64,000 nucleotides of DNA from Camelus dromedarius. Its lineage: Eukaryota. The position numbers and the translations under genes are program-made. This document shows positions 26,728 through 39,830 of the stretch, in pieces. How positions within the stretch are numbered: position 1 is the first letter of the stretch; every line of letters starts with the position of its first letter. The DNA lies in contig NC_087437.1 in assembly GCF_036321535.1 (NCBI RefSeq), positions 88,476,001 through 88,540,000 on the forward strand, written 5' to 3'. The notes under the pieces are model-generated. The model was not told the DNA's origin. It did not search any database and saw only the letters and a program-made list of their open reading frames with translations.

Positions 26728-27049
26728 GTTATTTAGCAGCAAAGGTGCTTGGTTCTGTCGTTCATGTTTTCGAAGCATTTAACAGAATAATGATTTTTGG
26801 AAATTAGTTCATAATTGAATGTTAGAGTTACTTTATTTCTTTGTGAAAATATGCACTAGTGTGATATATAGTTAGACTTTGAATCTTAATGGGTAATCAA
26901 ACCTATTTTGACCTTATATACTAAAATTATCAAGAATTAATCTTATTCTTAGTTAAAACAAATCAGATAACTGAGCTTTTTATAAAAAATGAGTTTTTGT
27001 CATAAATATATATGCATTAAATTATTAATGTGTGGCATAGGAGATTCAA
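26728..27049 (+). CDS. Exon 14 (phase 1-2)
   Basis: ttttcaccaag| ; YLAAKVLGSVVHVFEAFNRIMIFGN*..., 8 stops; donor CAA|gtaagt. Confidence 0.7.
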
Positions 27050-28228
27050 GTAAGTAATTATTAGTTCTAGATCATGAAACCAATGTTCTTAAAACTCAGA
27101 AAGAAAGAAAAAAAAAATCAAGTAAGTATGACTAAAAAAGATAACCAAGACTGCAAAACAAAAGATCAACTTATGCAAATAAAAATCATGCCACCATATT
27201 TGTGTAGAATAGCTATAAATATGCAAATAAAATACCATTTAAAATATCAATATAGAAATTTCCCTATAAATAAATAATTCCCAAGACTATTTTGGGGAAA
27301 ATATAAAAATTTGTAATGCACTATTTTAAAAATATATACAAAAGGACATAATTTCTGAGGGTCAAAACCATATTTACAAGTAGAAAATGGTATGAAATAC
27401 TACAAATACATAATATTTTAAAATATCTTAGGATATCACAGAATAAACTAATAGAAAAGAAACTGGATATAGAGCCTAGAAACAGACCAGAGCATAACTG
27501 TGATAGGATGTCATTACCAATCAATAGAGAAAGGTTATGTTGTTTAGTAAATGATGTTAGGAGACTTAGCTCATTATGTGAAGAAAAACAGAGTTGGATA
27601 TAAAACTTACACCAAAAAATGAATAAGTAAATAAATTTAAAGTGAATTAAGGTTCAAAATTTTTAAGTTAAATTTATAAAATAAAAGGAGGAATAAATAT
27701 ATATTTTTGTGACCTTGTAATATAGTTGATTTCTTAACACTGGTAAAGTGTAAACATTAAATGAAAAGTATTGATTTATGACTATGATTTGTGTTTAGTG
27801 AGACAACAGAAACAAAGTTGACTGATGGGAAACAATGAAGGTATCTGCAAACATTGCTGGTAAGGGATTATGATCTCTAAGAAACTGAATGGATTCCTGC
27901 AATTTAGCAAAGAAACAATGGAAAGCCCAATAGAAAAATGAGCTTTTTTATTTACAAGCTATTCACAAAAGGGAAATATTAAATGTCAAATATATAAACA
28001 GATGCTCAACATTAGAGAAATGCAAATATATACAATAGTGAGGTACCACTTGGAACCTATAATTAAAAGAAAAATAGAACATCAGGCTCAGCTTGTAGAA
28101 GTAAAAACTGTTGTAACTTTTCAGCACAGTAAACTTTCAGTATTTAGTGAAAGTAAATAGTCATATACTCGACAACCCAACAATCCCATGTTTGGATGTG
28201 TACCCCAAGGAATCTTCCACACAGAAGG

Positions 28229-31200
28229 ATTTCCCATCAAGATGGCAGAGTAGTAAGACCACAAGCTCACCTCCTCTCACAACTACACAACCACAACTGA
28301 CTGCTAAACAACCATGGGAATAAAAGACTGGAACCTAGCAAAAAAAGATCTTCAACTGCAAACATAAAGAGGGAGCCACAGTGGGATGGTAGGAGGGGCA
28401 TGTTCATGATATAATAGGGCCCCATACCCCCTGGGTTGGTAGGCCACAAGCTGAAAAATATTTAAGTTGCAGAGGCACTCTCACAGGAGTGGGAGTTTTG
28501 AGCCCTATGTCAGGCTCCCCAGCCTGGGGTTCCTGCACTGAGAGGAAGAGACCGCAGAACATCAGGTTCTGAAGACCAGTGGGGCTTAAATGCAGGAACT
28601 TCATTGTACTGGGGGAAACAGAGACTTCAGTCTCTTGGGAAGTGCACACGGAATCTCATATATACCAAGAGACCAAGGGAAAAGGCAGAGATTTGTAGGG
28701 ACCTGGGCCAGACCTGCTTGTTGCTTTTGGAAGGTCTCCTGTGGGAGGTGGGTGTGGTGGCTGTGGTTCACCCTGGGGACATAAAAGCTGGTGGCAGACA
28801 TTTGGAGAGTGTTCATCTGCATGAGCTTTCCTGGAGGCTGACATCTTGCTTGGGTCATTAGTGCCAAGACCTAACCCCACCCATTCTGTAGGTGTAAGTG
28901 CTGGGAAGCCTCCGGTCAAACAACATACTGGGTGGGAATGCAGCCCCACCCATCAGCAGACTTCCTGAACCCACAGCCACCTCCAGATATGCCCCTGGAC
29001 AAGGCCCTGCCCAACAGAAGGCTGGGACCAAGCTCCACTAAGCAGTAGACAGGTACCAACTAATCCTGCCAGGAAGCCTGCACAAGTTTCTAGTCCAGCC
29101 TCACTCACCAGGGGGCAGAAACCAAAAGTATAAAAACAACAACCCCAAAGCGGTGGAAGGAGTCTGCAAATGCAGACCAGGCTCTACCCCGGGGCCAGCT
29201 GGACCCTGACGCTTGGGTGACAAGAGGGGAGTGAACTGCTGGGATGCACAGGCCATCTCCTACAGAAGGCCACTTCTCCAAGGCTGAGAAATGTGACTAA
29301 CCTACCTAAAAATACAAATAGAAATGTAGAGGGAGGAGGGTATAGCTCAGTATGGTAGAGTGGATGCTTAGCATGCACAAAGTCCAGGGCTCAATTCCCA
29401 GTATCTCCATTTAAAAAATTAACCAATTAAATAAATAACCTAATTACCTCCCCCCTCAAAAAATCAAACAAATAAAGTAAAAAAACTTTTTAAAGAAAGA
29501 AATGTAGACAGTATGAGGTGGCAGAGGAATATGTTTCAGGCAAAGGCACAAGATAAAATCCTGGAAGAAGAAATAAGTGATGAGGAGATAGGCAACCTAC
29601 CTGAGAAAGAGTTTAAAGTAATAATTATGAAGATGATCAGAGAACTTGGGAGGAGAATAGGTGCACAGAGTGAAGTTTTTAGCAAAGAGTTAGGACATAT
29701 AACAAATAACCAGAGTTGAAAACTTCAATTACTGAAATGAATAAAACACTACAAGGAACAAAGAATAGACTAAATGAGGAAGAAGAACAAATCAGTGAGC
29801 TAGAAGACAGAGTAGTGGAAATCACTACCACAGAAAAAAAGAAAAAAGAATGAAAAGAAATGAGGATAGCTTAAGAGACCTCTGAGACAACATGAAGCAC
29901 CCTAATATTTGCATCATATCCAGAAAGAGAAGAGAGAGAGAAAGGACCTGAGAAAATATTTGAAGAGATAAGAGCTGAAAACGTCCCTAATATGCGAAAA
30001 GAAACAGTCACCCAAGTCCATGAAGCACAGAGAGTTCCACACAGGATTTACCCAAAGAGGAACACACCAAGGCACATAGTAATCAAATTGATAAAAATTA
30101 AAGATAAGGAGAAAATATTAAAATCAGCAAGAGAAAAGCAACAAATAACATACAAGGAAACTCTCATAACATTATCAGCTGATTTTTCAGCAAACTCTAC
30201 AAGCCAGAAGGGAGTGTCACAATATATTTAAAGCAGTGAAAGGGAAAAATCTACAACCAAGAATACTTTACTCAGCAAGGTTCCCATTCATATTTGATGG
30301 AGAAATCAAAAGCTTCATAGATAAGCAAAAGCTAAAAGAATTCAGCACCACCAAACCAACAAATGTTTACAACAAATGTTAAAGGATCTTCTCTAGGTAA
30401 TAAAAAAAAGGCCACAACTAGAAACAAGAAAAGCAATCATGAAGGGAGGAGGGTATGAATGCAGGGTGTCAAAATGCATATGAAATTAAGAGATCATCAA
30501 CTTAAAACAATCATGTATATACATAGACTTCTATACAAAAACCTCATGGTAACCACAAACCAATGTAACTCTATAGTCATCAAACCACAGGAGGAGAGAA
30601 CAAAAAGAAGAAAGAGGGGAAAAAATAAAAAAGACTTACAAAACCAAATTCAAAACAATTAACAAAATGGCAATAAGAACATATGTATTGATAATTACCT
30701 TGAATGTAAATGTATAAATGCTTCAACCAAAAGACATAGACTGGCTGAATGGATACAAAAATAAAACCCAGATGTATGCTGTCTACAAGAGACCCACTTC
30801 AGAGCTGGAGACACATATAGTCTGAAAGTGAGGGGATGGAAAAAGATATTTCATGCCAATGGAAACCAAAAGAAAGCTGAAGTAGCAATACTTATATAAG
30901 ACAAAATAGATTTTAAAATACTTACAAGAGACAAAGGAGAACACCACATAATGCTCAAGGGATCAATCCAAGAAGATATAACAATTGTAAAGATATATAT
31001 GCACCCAACATAGGAGCACCTCAATATATAAGGCAACTGTTAGCAGACACAAAAGGAAAAATTAACAATAACACAATAATAGTGGGGGACCTTAGCATCC
31101 CACTTACATCAATGGACAGATCATCCAGACAGAAAATCAATAAAGAACTAGAGGCCTTAAATGACACATTAGACCAGATGGACTTAATTGATATTTATAG

Positions 31201-31266
31201 AGCATTCCATCCAAAAGCAGTAGAATACACATTCTTCTCAAGTGCGCATGGAACATTCTCCAGAAT
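28229..31266 (+). mobile_element. L1 5' half (5'UTR, decayed ORF1 ~29513-30395, ORF2 endonuclease ~30667-31266) with a nested SINE at ~29330-29490, following an older L1 (~27100-28228)
   Basis: aagatggcagagtag start; ORF1 NLPEKEFKVIIMKM and RNTPRHIVIKL; EN GDLSIPLTSMDRSSRQKINK...YTFFSSAHGTFSRI. Confidence 0.92.
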
Positions 31267-31599
31267 ATTTATATATTTCTTAAAGCAGATCCCCTAAAGT
31301 TTAAGTTATTGGTAATGCTTAAGTCAATATATTAACATGAAGAGGTCTTAATTGAAAGAAAAATATCTAGAATAAGACTTGCTTCTAATCCTAACTGTTA
31401 TTTCTGTACACTTTTTGGTAAATTAAATTCTCTGAGACTCGATGTCTTCATCAGTATAATAGAGGTTATAATATCTAACTTGAAGACTTACAGGAATTGA
31501 ATGAAGCATGGAACCTAGTTTTTTTTCTCACATGTGTTAGTAAATAAATATCCTTTGCTTTGTTCAACACTTATCTAAAAAATACATAAACCTAAGTAA

Positions 31600-32640
31600 A
31601 TAATTTCTACTCATAAATAAATTTGTATTTCCAAACCAGATTCTGCCTCTGAAATCCAAATTTGTATCTATTACCTATTTGCTATGTGCATTGGGTTGTC
31701 TCAAAGGCCTCATGTTCAAGATCTCATTCATGCTCCTCCTCTACTTGCAACTTTGCTTTCCTCCATTTTTCTCTATCAATTTATGGAACCACTTTCTTTG
31801 CATCCCATCCATAAATAGGAATTCTAGAAGCCACTTCTGACACTTTTTGTATCTCAACACATATATTCTACCAATCTCAAAGTGGTGGATGTTCCCTGCA
31901 GACTACCTTCCAAATCCTTCCATGTCTCTCCATCTCCCAGCCCCACCGCCATTCAGTCCAAGCTACCATCCTTTCTCTTCTGCTACGTTGGCATTCCTGC
32001 ATTTACTCCTCTCTTCGCCTCTTCCCCACACTGCATTCAAAGTAAACTTCTCAAAAATCTGAATATGTTAGAACCTAATTTAATGGCATCTCATATTTGG
32101 AGGTTGGGGGACTCCAACCTCACAGTGCTAAGAATAGAGGCAAAACTCCTTGTCATGGTTTGCAAGTCTCTGGAGAGTTTGGCCCCACCTGACATCTCAT
32201 CCTACTTCCTCTTATGACAGTATTCCAACTAAACAGGCCATCATGTCCCTTAAACATTTGACAAACTTCCTCCAGACACAGATCCTTAGCATATGCTGGT
32301 TTTCCTACTTGGAAATTAGACATCCCCTCATTATCCATTTAAGTTCTCATCACTGAATAAATCTCATTCTGGTGTTGCTTGTTTAGAAAAGCCACCTCTA
32401 AATTCCCAGACCAGATGAAATCCTCCTGTTATGGGGCTTTATGGTACCATATTTATCTCTTCCATAGGATTTTTTCAAAATAACAACTGTACGTTTATTG
32501 ATGTGAATATCTGAATATTGGTTGGCTTCACTAGTAGACTCCAAGTGCTCTATAGCTAGGGAAACCTTGCCTGCTTTGGATCACCAGTGAATTCTCACCA
32601 CTAGGCTAACATAAAGCTAATCAATAAAATTTGTTGCATA
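31600..32640. mobile_element. L2 remnant
   Basis: Typical L2 3' region ending caataaaatttgttgcataaat. Confidence 0.6.
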
Positions 32641-32671
32641 AATTGATAACTTTCCAAACAATCTGAATCAG

Positions 32672-32804
32672 TGAAGTTGTGGCATATATAACTCAAGGCT
32701 GAAATTCACTATTGATGAAAGAATTTCAATGCAAGCCTACAATTTATAACAAAAATATATTTGATTATATGACGGTGGAGGAGATGATATAAGGATTCCA
32801 AATG
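32672..32804 (+). CDS. Exon 15 (phase 2-0)
   Basis: aatcag| ; EVVAYITQG*NSLLMKEFQCKPTIYNKNIFDYMTVEEMI*GFQM; donor ATG|gtaact. Confidence 0.7.
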
Positions 32805-32894
32805 GTAACTTAGCTTTATAAAAAAAGTATAAAAGTGAAAATTACAATTCATCCTCTTGATATATTTGTATCAGTATATGTTACTAGAATGCAG

Positions 32895-32971
32895 GTGATA
32901 TGCTCATAATTACTTCTAGACAAGATATTTTTAAAAAATCTTATATTAGCACGTTTACCCTGGCTGGCATA
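32895..32971 (+). CDS. Exon 16 (phase 0-2)
   Basis: tgcag| after a 90-nt intron; VICS*LLLDKIFLKNLILARLPWLA; donor ATA|gtaagt. Confidence 0.7.
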
Positions 32972-33364
32972 GTAAGTAAATAATACAGACTTTTTAAAAG
33001 TTATGTAGATGCTTGGTGATGAACCCTGACTTAGCCTTTTTTCTTACAGCTTTTTTGAGTTACTCACATACTGTACAATTCACTCATTTAAAATGTACAA
33101 CTCAATGCTCATTTTTTTATATATTCACGGATATGTGCAGCCATCATCACAGCCAATTTTAGAACATTTCCATCATGTCAGAAAGAAACTTTGAACACTT
33201 TAGCTATCACCCCTACACCCCCGTCTCACCTTAGCCCTAGGCAACTGTGTGTCTACTTTCTGTCTCTGTAGATTTCCCTATTCTTGACTTTCATATGAAT
33301 GGAATAATATAGTATGTGATCTTTTATGATTAGCTTCTTTCACAGCATATTTTCAAGGACCATA

Positions 33365-34190
33365 GCTTTTTAAAGCCTTCTTTCAATGTCATCTGGGCTA
33401 TTAACATGGGTATCTTTCCAAGCAGCTTTTCTTTAATTGATTCCACTGCTCTGACCTCTTGTGTTTTGCTCAAGGCCAGCAATTAACTGATCATACAATT
33501 TTACCATATCATCCAGAGAAAGTTTTTTTCACAAAGTCAGCATCATCCTCTCAATTATCCTCCTGCTTCACTATATTTAAGACTATTTCAGCAATATTTC
33601 CATCCCATAATTTTCCCTTGAAGGGGTGCACAACAGGCATATCATTGTTAATGTTTAGCATTTCTCCAGTGCTGAGCTTTCTCTAGCTTAATTGTACTTT
33701 CACTGATACATATTTGGTGAACTAATAAGATTTAATGTAGTCTTTTTAATAGTATCAGGAAATACTTTAACGTCTTCAACTGCATGCTTGTTTTGAAATT
33801 TCTGTAACATCCTCACTTTCTGCCCTCTAAATTTCGGTAAATGCCTCTTTTTCTATTTCTCTGTTGCCTACAAAGGCAACATGTTTTGCTATTTCAAACT
33901 TTTCATGGTGTCACTAATTAACAAAACCATAAAATAAAACATCAGTGAACTGCAGCATTTCCTACTGCTGAGAGGAAGTTAAGGCACAATTCATGTCTCA
34001 TGTCAAGTCAGATTCTGCTACCAGAATAGCTTTGGCTCCCAGATTACCAAAATTTTAGTTTTCAGAGTTTTTTGGATAGTTATGGGTAAGGGATAGTGGA
34101 CCTGAATATTATGTGTAGCCTTTCTAAAAATGCAAATAATTCTGGATTCCAAAATGCATCTGGCCCCAAGAGATTCAAATAATTGACTGG
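33365..34190 (-). mobile_element. Tigger-like DNA transposon remnant
   Basis: Degenerate transposase-like sequence and Tigger-type terminal motifs. Confidence 0.45.
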
Positions 34191-34664
34191 TTTGGTGTCA
34201 TGGACTATAAATGTTGGTTAGATTAAATTGGCTGATAGGTTGTACTAATCTTCCATAGCCTTACTGATATATCCTTACTGGCTGTTCTAACAGTTACTGA
34301 AAGAGAGGTGTTAAAATCTTCAACTATATTTGCGTATTTACCTGTTATCAGGTACATGTACATTTAGGATTCTAATATCATCATGGATAGTTACTTTTTA
34401 ATTGAATTATAATTTCCATATAATATTGTATAGGTTTCAGATGTACAACATGTTGGTTTGATATATTTACATATTGCAACAGGATTACCACCATAGTTTT
34501 AACACCTCTATAATCTCACATAATCATCATTTCTTTTTTGTGATGAGAACATTTAGAATGCAGTTTCTTAAAGTGTTTGAAGTATATAGTACAGTACTGT
34601 TGATAATAATTACTATTCTGTGCCACTTTTATCAGTATGAAAAGACCCTCTTTATTTCTGGTAA

Positions 34665-36790
34665 TAGGGGAAAGTCTTCATAAGATCAGCTAAAGAGAAG
34701 AAAAATACCAAACTTGATTTATAGGTGGCCTGGATTTTACATGGTTCCATAGCTAAGGTAGACAGAGGTTGCATCATAGCCACATTCAAAAGCATCTGTG
34801 AAAGACAGTGGAGAGGAAAAACATCTTCCTAATGAGTGGAGCTGCAAATATACACCTAGTTATTGTTTCAGTTGAAGGAGAAGTGGGGCAATGAGAATAT
34901 ACACAGGTACCTGGTTAGGGCCTTTACAGGAAAAGAACTAGAAGATTGGAATAAAGAAGATACAGAGCCATTTACATGGACATATCAGGTGGTTGTGAAA
35001 AGTGAAGATTTTTATGTCACATGTTACTGTCCACCAGAAAGCATCCACTGCTGAAGAAGCACAAAACAATGATTTAAATCAGTGAATGGGAGCCAGCCTT
35101 TATCACTGACCGAAACTGGCATGATGGGCACGTGAATGTGGTGCCATGGCAGCAGACACAGAGAGACTATTATGAGTACTACACCGTGGCCTCTCACTTT
35201 AATTACTTCTGCGTATGAAAGTCCAACATGTCAGCAACCAAGACCAATATTTCTCCTCACTTATGACACAGTTCCTCAAGGACACTAACTGGCCACTTGG
35301 TGGCAATTCAAATACATCAAGCTCCTTCTGTCCTGGAAGGACAGGCAGTTTATCCTCAAAGGGATAGATACCTATTCCAAGTATGTGTTGTCCTCTCCTG
35401 CCCACAGAACTTCTCTGCAGGAGCTTATCAATATTTACACAGCATAACATGTGACCATGGGACACACTTCAAAATTAAAGAGGTACAGAAGTGGACCCAT
35501 GACCATGAGATCCACTGATTATAACATGTACAACATCATCTGGGCCTTGTAGAATGCTGGAAAAGTCTACTAATGTTATAGCAAAAGCATCAGTTAAATA
35601 ACAATAGGAAAAGATGAGATGTCATCCTTCAAAATGCATTAGATCATATACCTGGGTATGACTGTATGTCCTGAGTAGAATAGTACAGAATTTCAGGTAT
35701 ATTATAACCATTAGATAAGAAAGAACAAGAGTAGCCTTTCTCACTGCGACTCCCATGCTTCACTGGGGAATTTGTGCTTCTCATCCTGATTACTCTGGGC
35801 TCTGCAAGATTAGAGGTTTTATCTCCAAAGGGAGTGTACTCTTGCCAAGGAACATAGCAAGGATCCTATTGAACTACAAGTTTGACTGCCAATAGGGTAC
35901 TTTGGATTTCTTGTACACAGGGACCAGCAGGTAAGAAGAGAAGTCACTACAATGTCAGTGGTAAATGAACCTGATTGGTAGGCAAAGGTGAGGCTGGTTT
36001 TATACAAAGACAGAAAAGAATAAGTGTGCAACACAGGTGACTCATTTGTGTCCGTTTTGATACTTCTTTGTCCAACTGAAACTGTAAACCAACACATATA
36101 GCAACCTCAGACTGAGAAGAAGATGGTTTCTAATGGTTTAGACACCTTAGGACTGAAGGTTTGGGTCACATGACAGTTAAGCTCAGTAGACCTGCCAAGG
36201 TGACAGCTGAGTATGGGAGGAATTTAGAATGTTAGCGGAAAGGCAGAGAGGAAGAATACCAGTTACAAGAATAAAATCAACTGCAATGACAGAGACTGTA
36301 GTTTGTCATACTAACTCCTTCTAAGTTTCTCCTCAAGAAAAATGGTGTGTTGGAACCACAGAGGAGCTACTCCTCAAACCCCTGTGGAGAAGTAAATCTG
36401 AAGCAGTAGGATAGACTGAGGCAAGCATGAGAATATGCTACCCAGATCTCTAATGGTGGAGAATGTGATACAGGTCCCATGAGCAGCTTCCAGCCAATGA
36501 CTGAGCACGACAGGGAATCTAAGGGAGACCTTACCTGACATTCCCAGGGCTCTTTGGCCTGAGGATTCCCCAACTGTCTTCCCTAGAACTTCACCTCAGT
36601 CTAAAATTTGACTTCCAGTCTTCTTTCCTTCTCTCTCTCCTTCACGTAGGGTCAAACCTGCATCACAGTCTGGCTCTCTCAGCCTTTCCCAATCCTCTCC
36701 CATTTTTTAAAAAAAGGGATTTCCCTAAGTAAATTCCTTGCACATCTAAGCTTATCTCAGGTTCTGCTTATTAGAGGACCTAGGCAGACA
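34665..36790 (+). mobile_element. ERVL internal pol/integrase remnant plus LTR16-like LTR (~36460-36790)
   Basis: Decayed integrase GIDTYS...DHGTHFKIKEVQKWTHDHEIH. Confidence 0.75.
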
Positions 36791-36799
36791 TATTACTTT

Positions 36800-39300
36800 A
36801 TAGCCCTTGTATGCAAATCCCCAAATCTAGTTTGTGTGTGTGTATTTTTTTTTTATTTACTGACATTTTCCTTTAACTATAGGTCATACTTTTTGCTTAT
36901 TTTCATGTATAGTAATTTTTTATTGTATACCGAACATTGTTGATAGGTTTTAAACATTCTGGATTCTGACATTTTCCTCTGGAAAATGTTGAATTTTGTT
37001 CATTAAGCTGTGAAATAACTGGTGGGCTACCTTGAACTTATGAAGATGTGATTTTGTTTTCTGCAAGGGATTTTGGTTTTGCCCTTAGTTTGGGGTTAAA
37101 TTCTTTAATCTTGAGAAATAATTTTAAACTGTATCCCTTCTAGGGTGTCAGAGGAAAATGAAGTATTTACTAGGTCTCTCTAAATTGGCAGGACTTGAAC
37201 TCAAAACTCTGTCACCCCTATCATTGGAAGTAGCTAAAATCTCTTCTAATTACTGTTCACCTTACAACTATAGCTTCTTACTGGGCTCCTTGGAGTCCTT
37301 TCTGCAAAAATAAAAAAGTTTTGGGGTTAGCAAAGAATTTGAGAAGATTTTATACACAGATTTCAGGACTCCTCTCCTCTCTCTCTCTCTTTGTCCCCTA
37401 GAATTTTGTTCTTCAATTTTTAGTCACTCTGGCATCTCTGAACCTTACACTCTGTATAATCAGGTCAGTAAAAGTTTAGCTTTCTGCTTAAAGTTTATCA
37501 GGTGGTGCTGGTGACAATACTTAGGTAAAAATCTCTCCCATAGTGTTTCCCTTGTTTCTAAGGTCAGATTCTTTCCTGTTTCTGCCTGATTTTGGTTGCT
37601 CTCCAGCGTATTCAGTTCTTTATATTATTTTCAGAGTTCAATATTGTTATTTATGGATGGGTTAGTCCAATAACAGTCCACGATTACTGGAAGTCACAAT
37701 CCCTAATCAGTTTTGTAACACTTGTATGCAAGAGCATCGCTTTGGTTTGTCTTTTATTTAATCAATATTGTCTAGAATAGAGTTGCTTGACACATAGTAA
37801 GTGCTCAGTAAGTATTTGTTAAATTGGTAACTATGACTGGATATTCAAAGATCATGAAACAATTCTTTTAAAAACTTCAAACATGAATGAGAGATCAAAG
37901 ACAAATAGAGACAGAGGAAACAATACAGAATGCCAAGAGATAAAGTGAGATATTGTATCATTGAAACAAACAAGCTATAAATATAGAGTGAGCAGATAAC
38001 AATGAGATGATAAAAAAGAACTCTTGGACATTTAAGAGTATAGATAAAAATATTTCATCATTACTGTTTGAAAATGAACTAAAATACATATCCTAAAAAG
38101 AGAAAAAAACATGATTTAAAAAACAAGAAATAAAAATGGTACATTTAAGTGATTAATTCAGAAGGTCTAGCGGCTTACTAAGTGCAGGATAAAGGACAAT
38201 GTAAAGGAAAATGAGGACAGAGAACATAGCGAAGAAATGATCATAAATAAAAGTAAAAGAATATTGCCTGGAACTAAATGATACAAGACTCTATATTTAG
38301 TGAGCTAAATGATGTCTAGAGCCATAAATGGGGGGCGCGGGGGTGGAATAGACATAAGCCAAAGAAAATCATGGACTAATTTAGAATGCAAGATTAAAAA
38401 ATAACTCTTAAATCTTCTAGAGAGAAAAAAAGTTCACCTACATGAGCTCAATAGTCCAAACAGCAATAAATGTCTCACCAGCCAAATTGAAAGCAAGAAT
38501 ACAATAATAGAGAAATTATTTCAAAATTCTGAGTAAAGTTATTTTCAACTTAGAATTCTATACCTGTCAATCAAGTATGAAGATAGAGTATAGCAAATTC
38601 TAGACATGTGATGACTCAAGCATGTTTTTTTTTTAATGTTCCCTTTATTAAGAATTTATTGGACAGTGTGTACCATAAAATGAGGAAATAAAATTTGGGC
38701 TTGGTCAAGAAAAGAATTTATCCCAAGGGTAAAGAGAGTATTCAGATGATGGCAGTTGAGCAGGCCTAAAAAAATCACCACTCAAATTGGAACTGAAGAA
38801 AAGAAGACCCTAAGAATGGTGATTCCATGAAGAGGAATAGAATTGGGAATGTGGAACACATAACAAATACTTTGGATAGGCAGATGGCAGAACTTGGTGA
38901 GACTTGGGTACATAAAAAATGTCAAATGAAAAATGAAGCAATCATTAACTCTAGGGAAAAATCATAAAAGCACAAAAAGGAGACATAAACAGAATTTATT
39001 CCCAACTCAGGAGTGGGAAAATTATGTTAGGGAAGAGAGGAGAGCTAATTTATCACCTTCCAAGATGAAAAATCAAAAGACAATACCTAAAATACTTTTG
39101 CCCAAGTGTATCAATATAAATATTTACAAAAATGTTTACAAATAAAAGGGAAAGTAGCCATCTAAGTTGAGGATGGGTCATGCAGGTAAGCAGTATTTTG
39201 GGTGAAGTAGGAAAGTGCAAGATGTTGCTATTTTCACATTATACACTCTCTAGCAACGTTATTACTTTTTAAGTGTATTACCTGATAAGAGTTTTTTATT
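36800..39300. mobile_element. Old L1M/HAL1-like fragments
   Basis: ORF1-like ttttcaacttagaattctatacc, A-rich. Confidence 0.5.
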
Positions 39301-39435
39301 TTAAAATAAATATTACAAAATTTCAAAAAAGGTGGAGAAAAGATTAAATACCAAGGATATAAATATGGAAAGGAAAACATGGAAATGCAGTGAAGAGTCA
39401 AGGTGGTTAAGTGTTGTGGATTTTTACTGTGAAAG

Positions 39436-39582
39436 AGTGGAACGTGAAGTTGGAGGGTATCTAGGAGATTTCCTTGACTAGATGACGTTCATTCTCTAGC
39501 CGTTTGTGGCCCATGACTATTTCTGATTGGAGAAGTTGTTTAGTAAATGTAATTGGGCATCATTGTGAAATAAGAATGAACG
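39436..39582 (+). CDS. Exon 17 (phase 2-2)
   Basis: tttttactgtgaaag| ; VEREVGGYLGDFLD*MTFIL*PFVAHDYF*LEKLFSKCNWASL*NKNE; donor ACG|gtaggc (3' end uncertain). Confidence 0.6.
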
Positions 39583-39830
39583 GTAGGCATTTAGGTATAA
39601 AGTCATGAATGTAAGGACTAGATTTGGGTTTGGAAAAAAGAAATAGGTCTCAGAAAGCCTGAATGAATTTGGACAGTTGGCTGATTATTGAATCTATAGA
39701 AAGCATTAGCCAAAGAAGACTCAGAAATCTACATCTGAAGCAAAAATACATATATACATGTATATGTCATACGTACATACATAAAAAGCAGTTGATTCTG
39801 GATGTACCAGATTTAGTTTTGTATTTTCAG

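Noticed and set aside
2870..32971. Selenoprotein or simple readthrough explanation
   Set aside because: 27 of 56 stops are TAA or TAG, and TGT/TGC/TGG are also in excess; no SECIS was identified.
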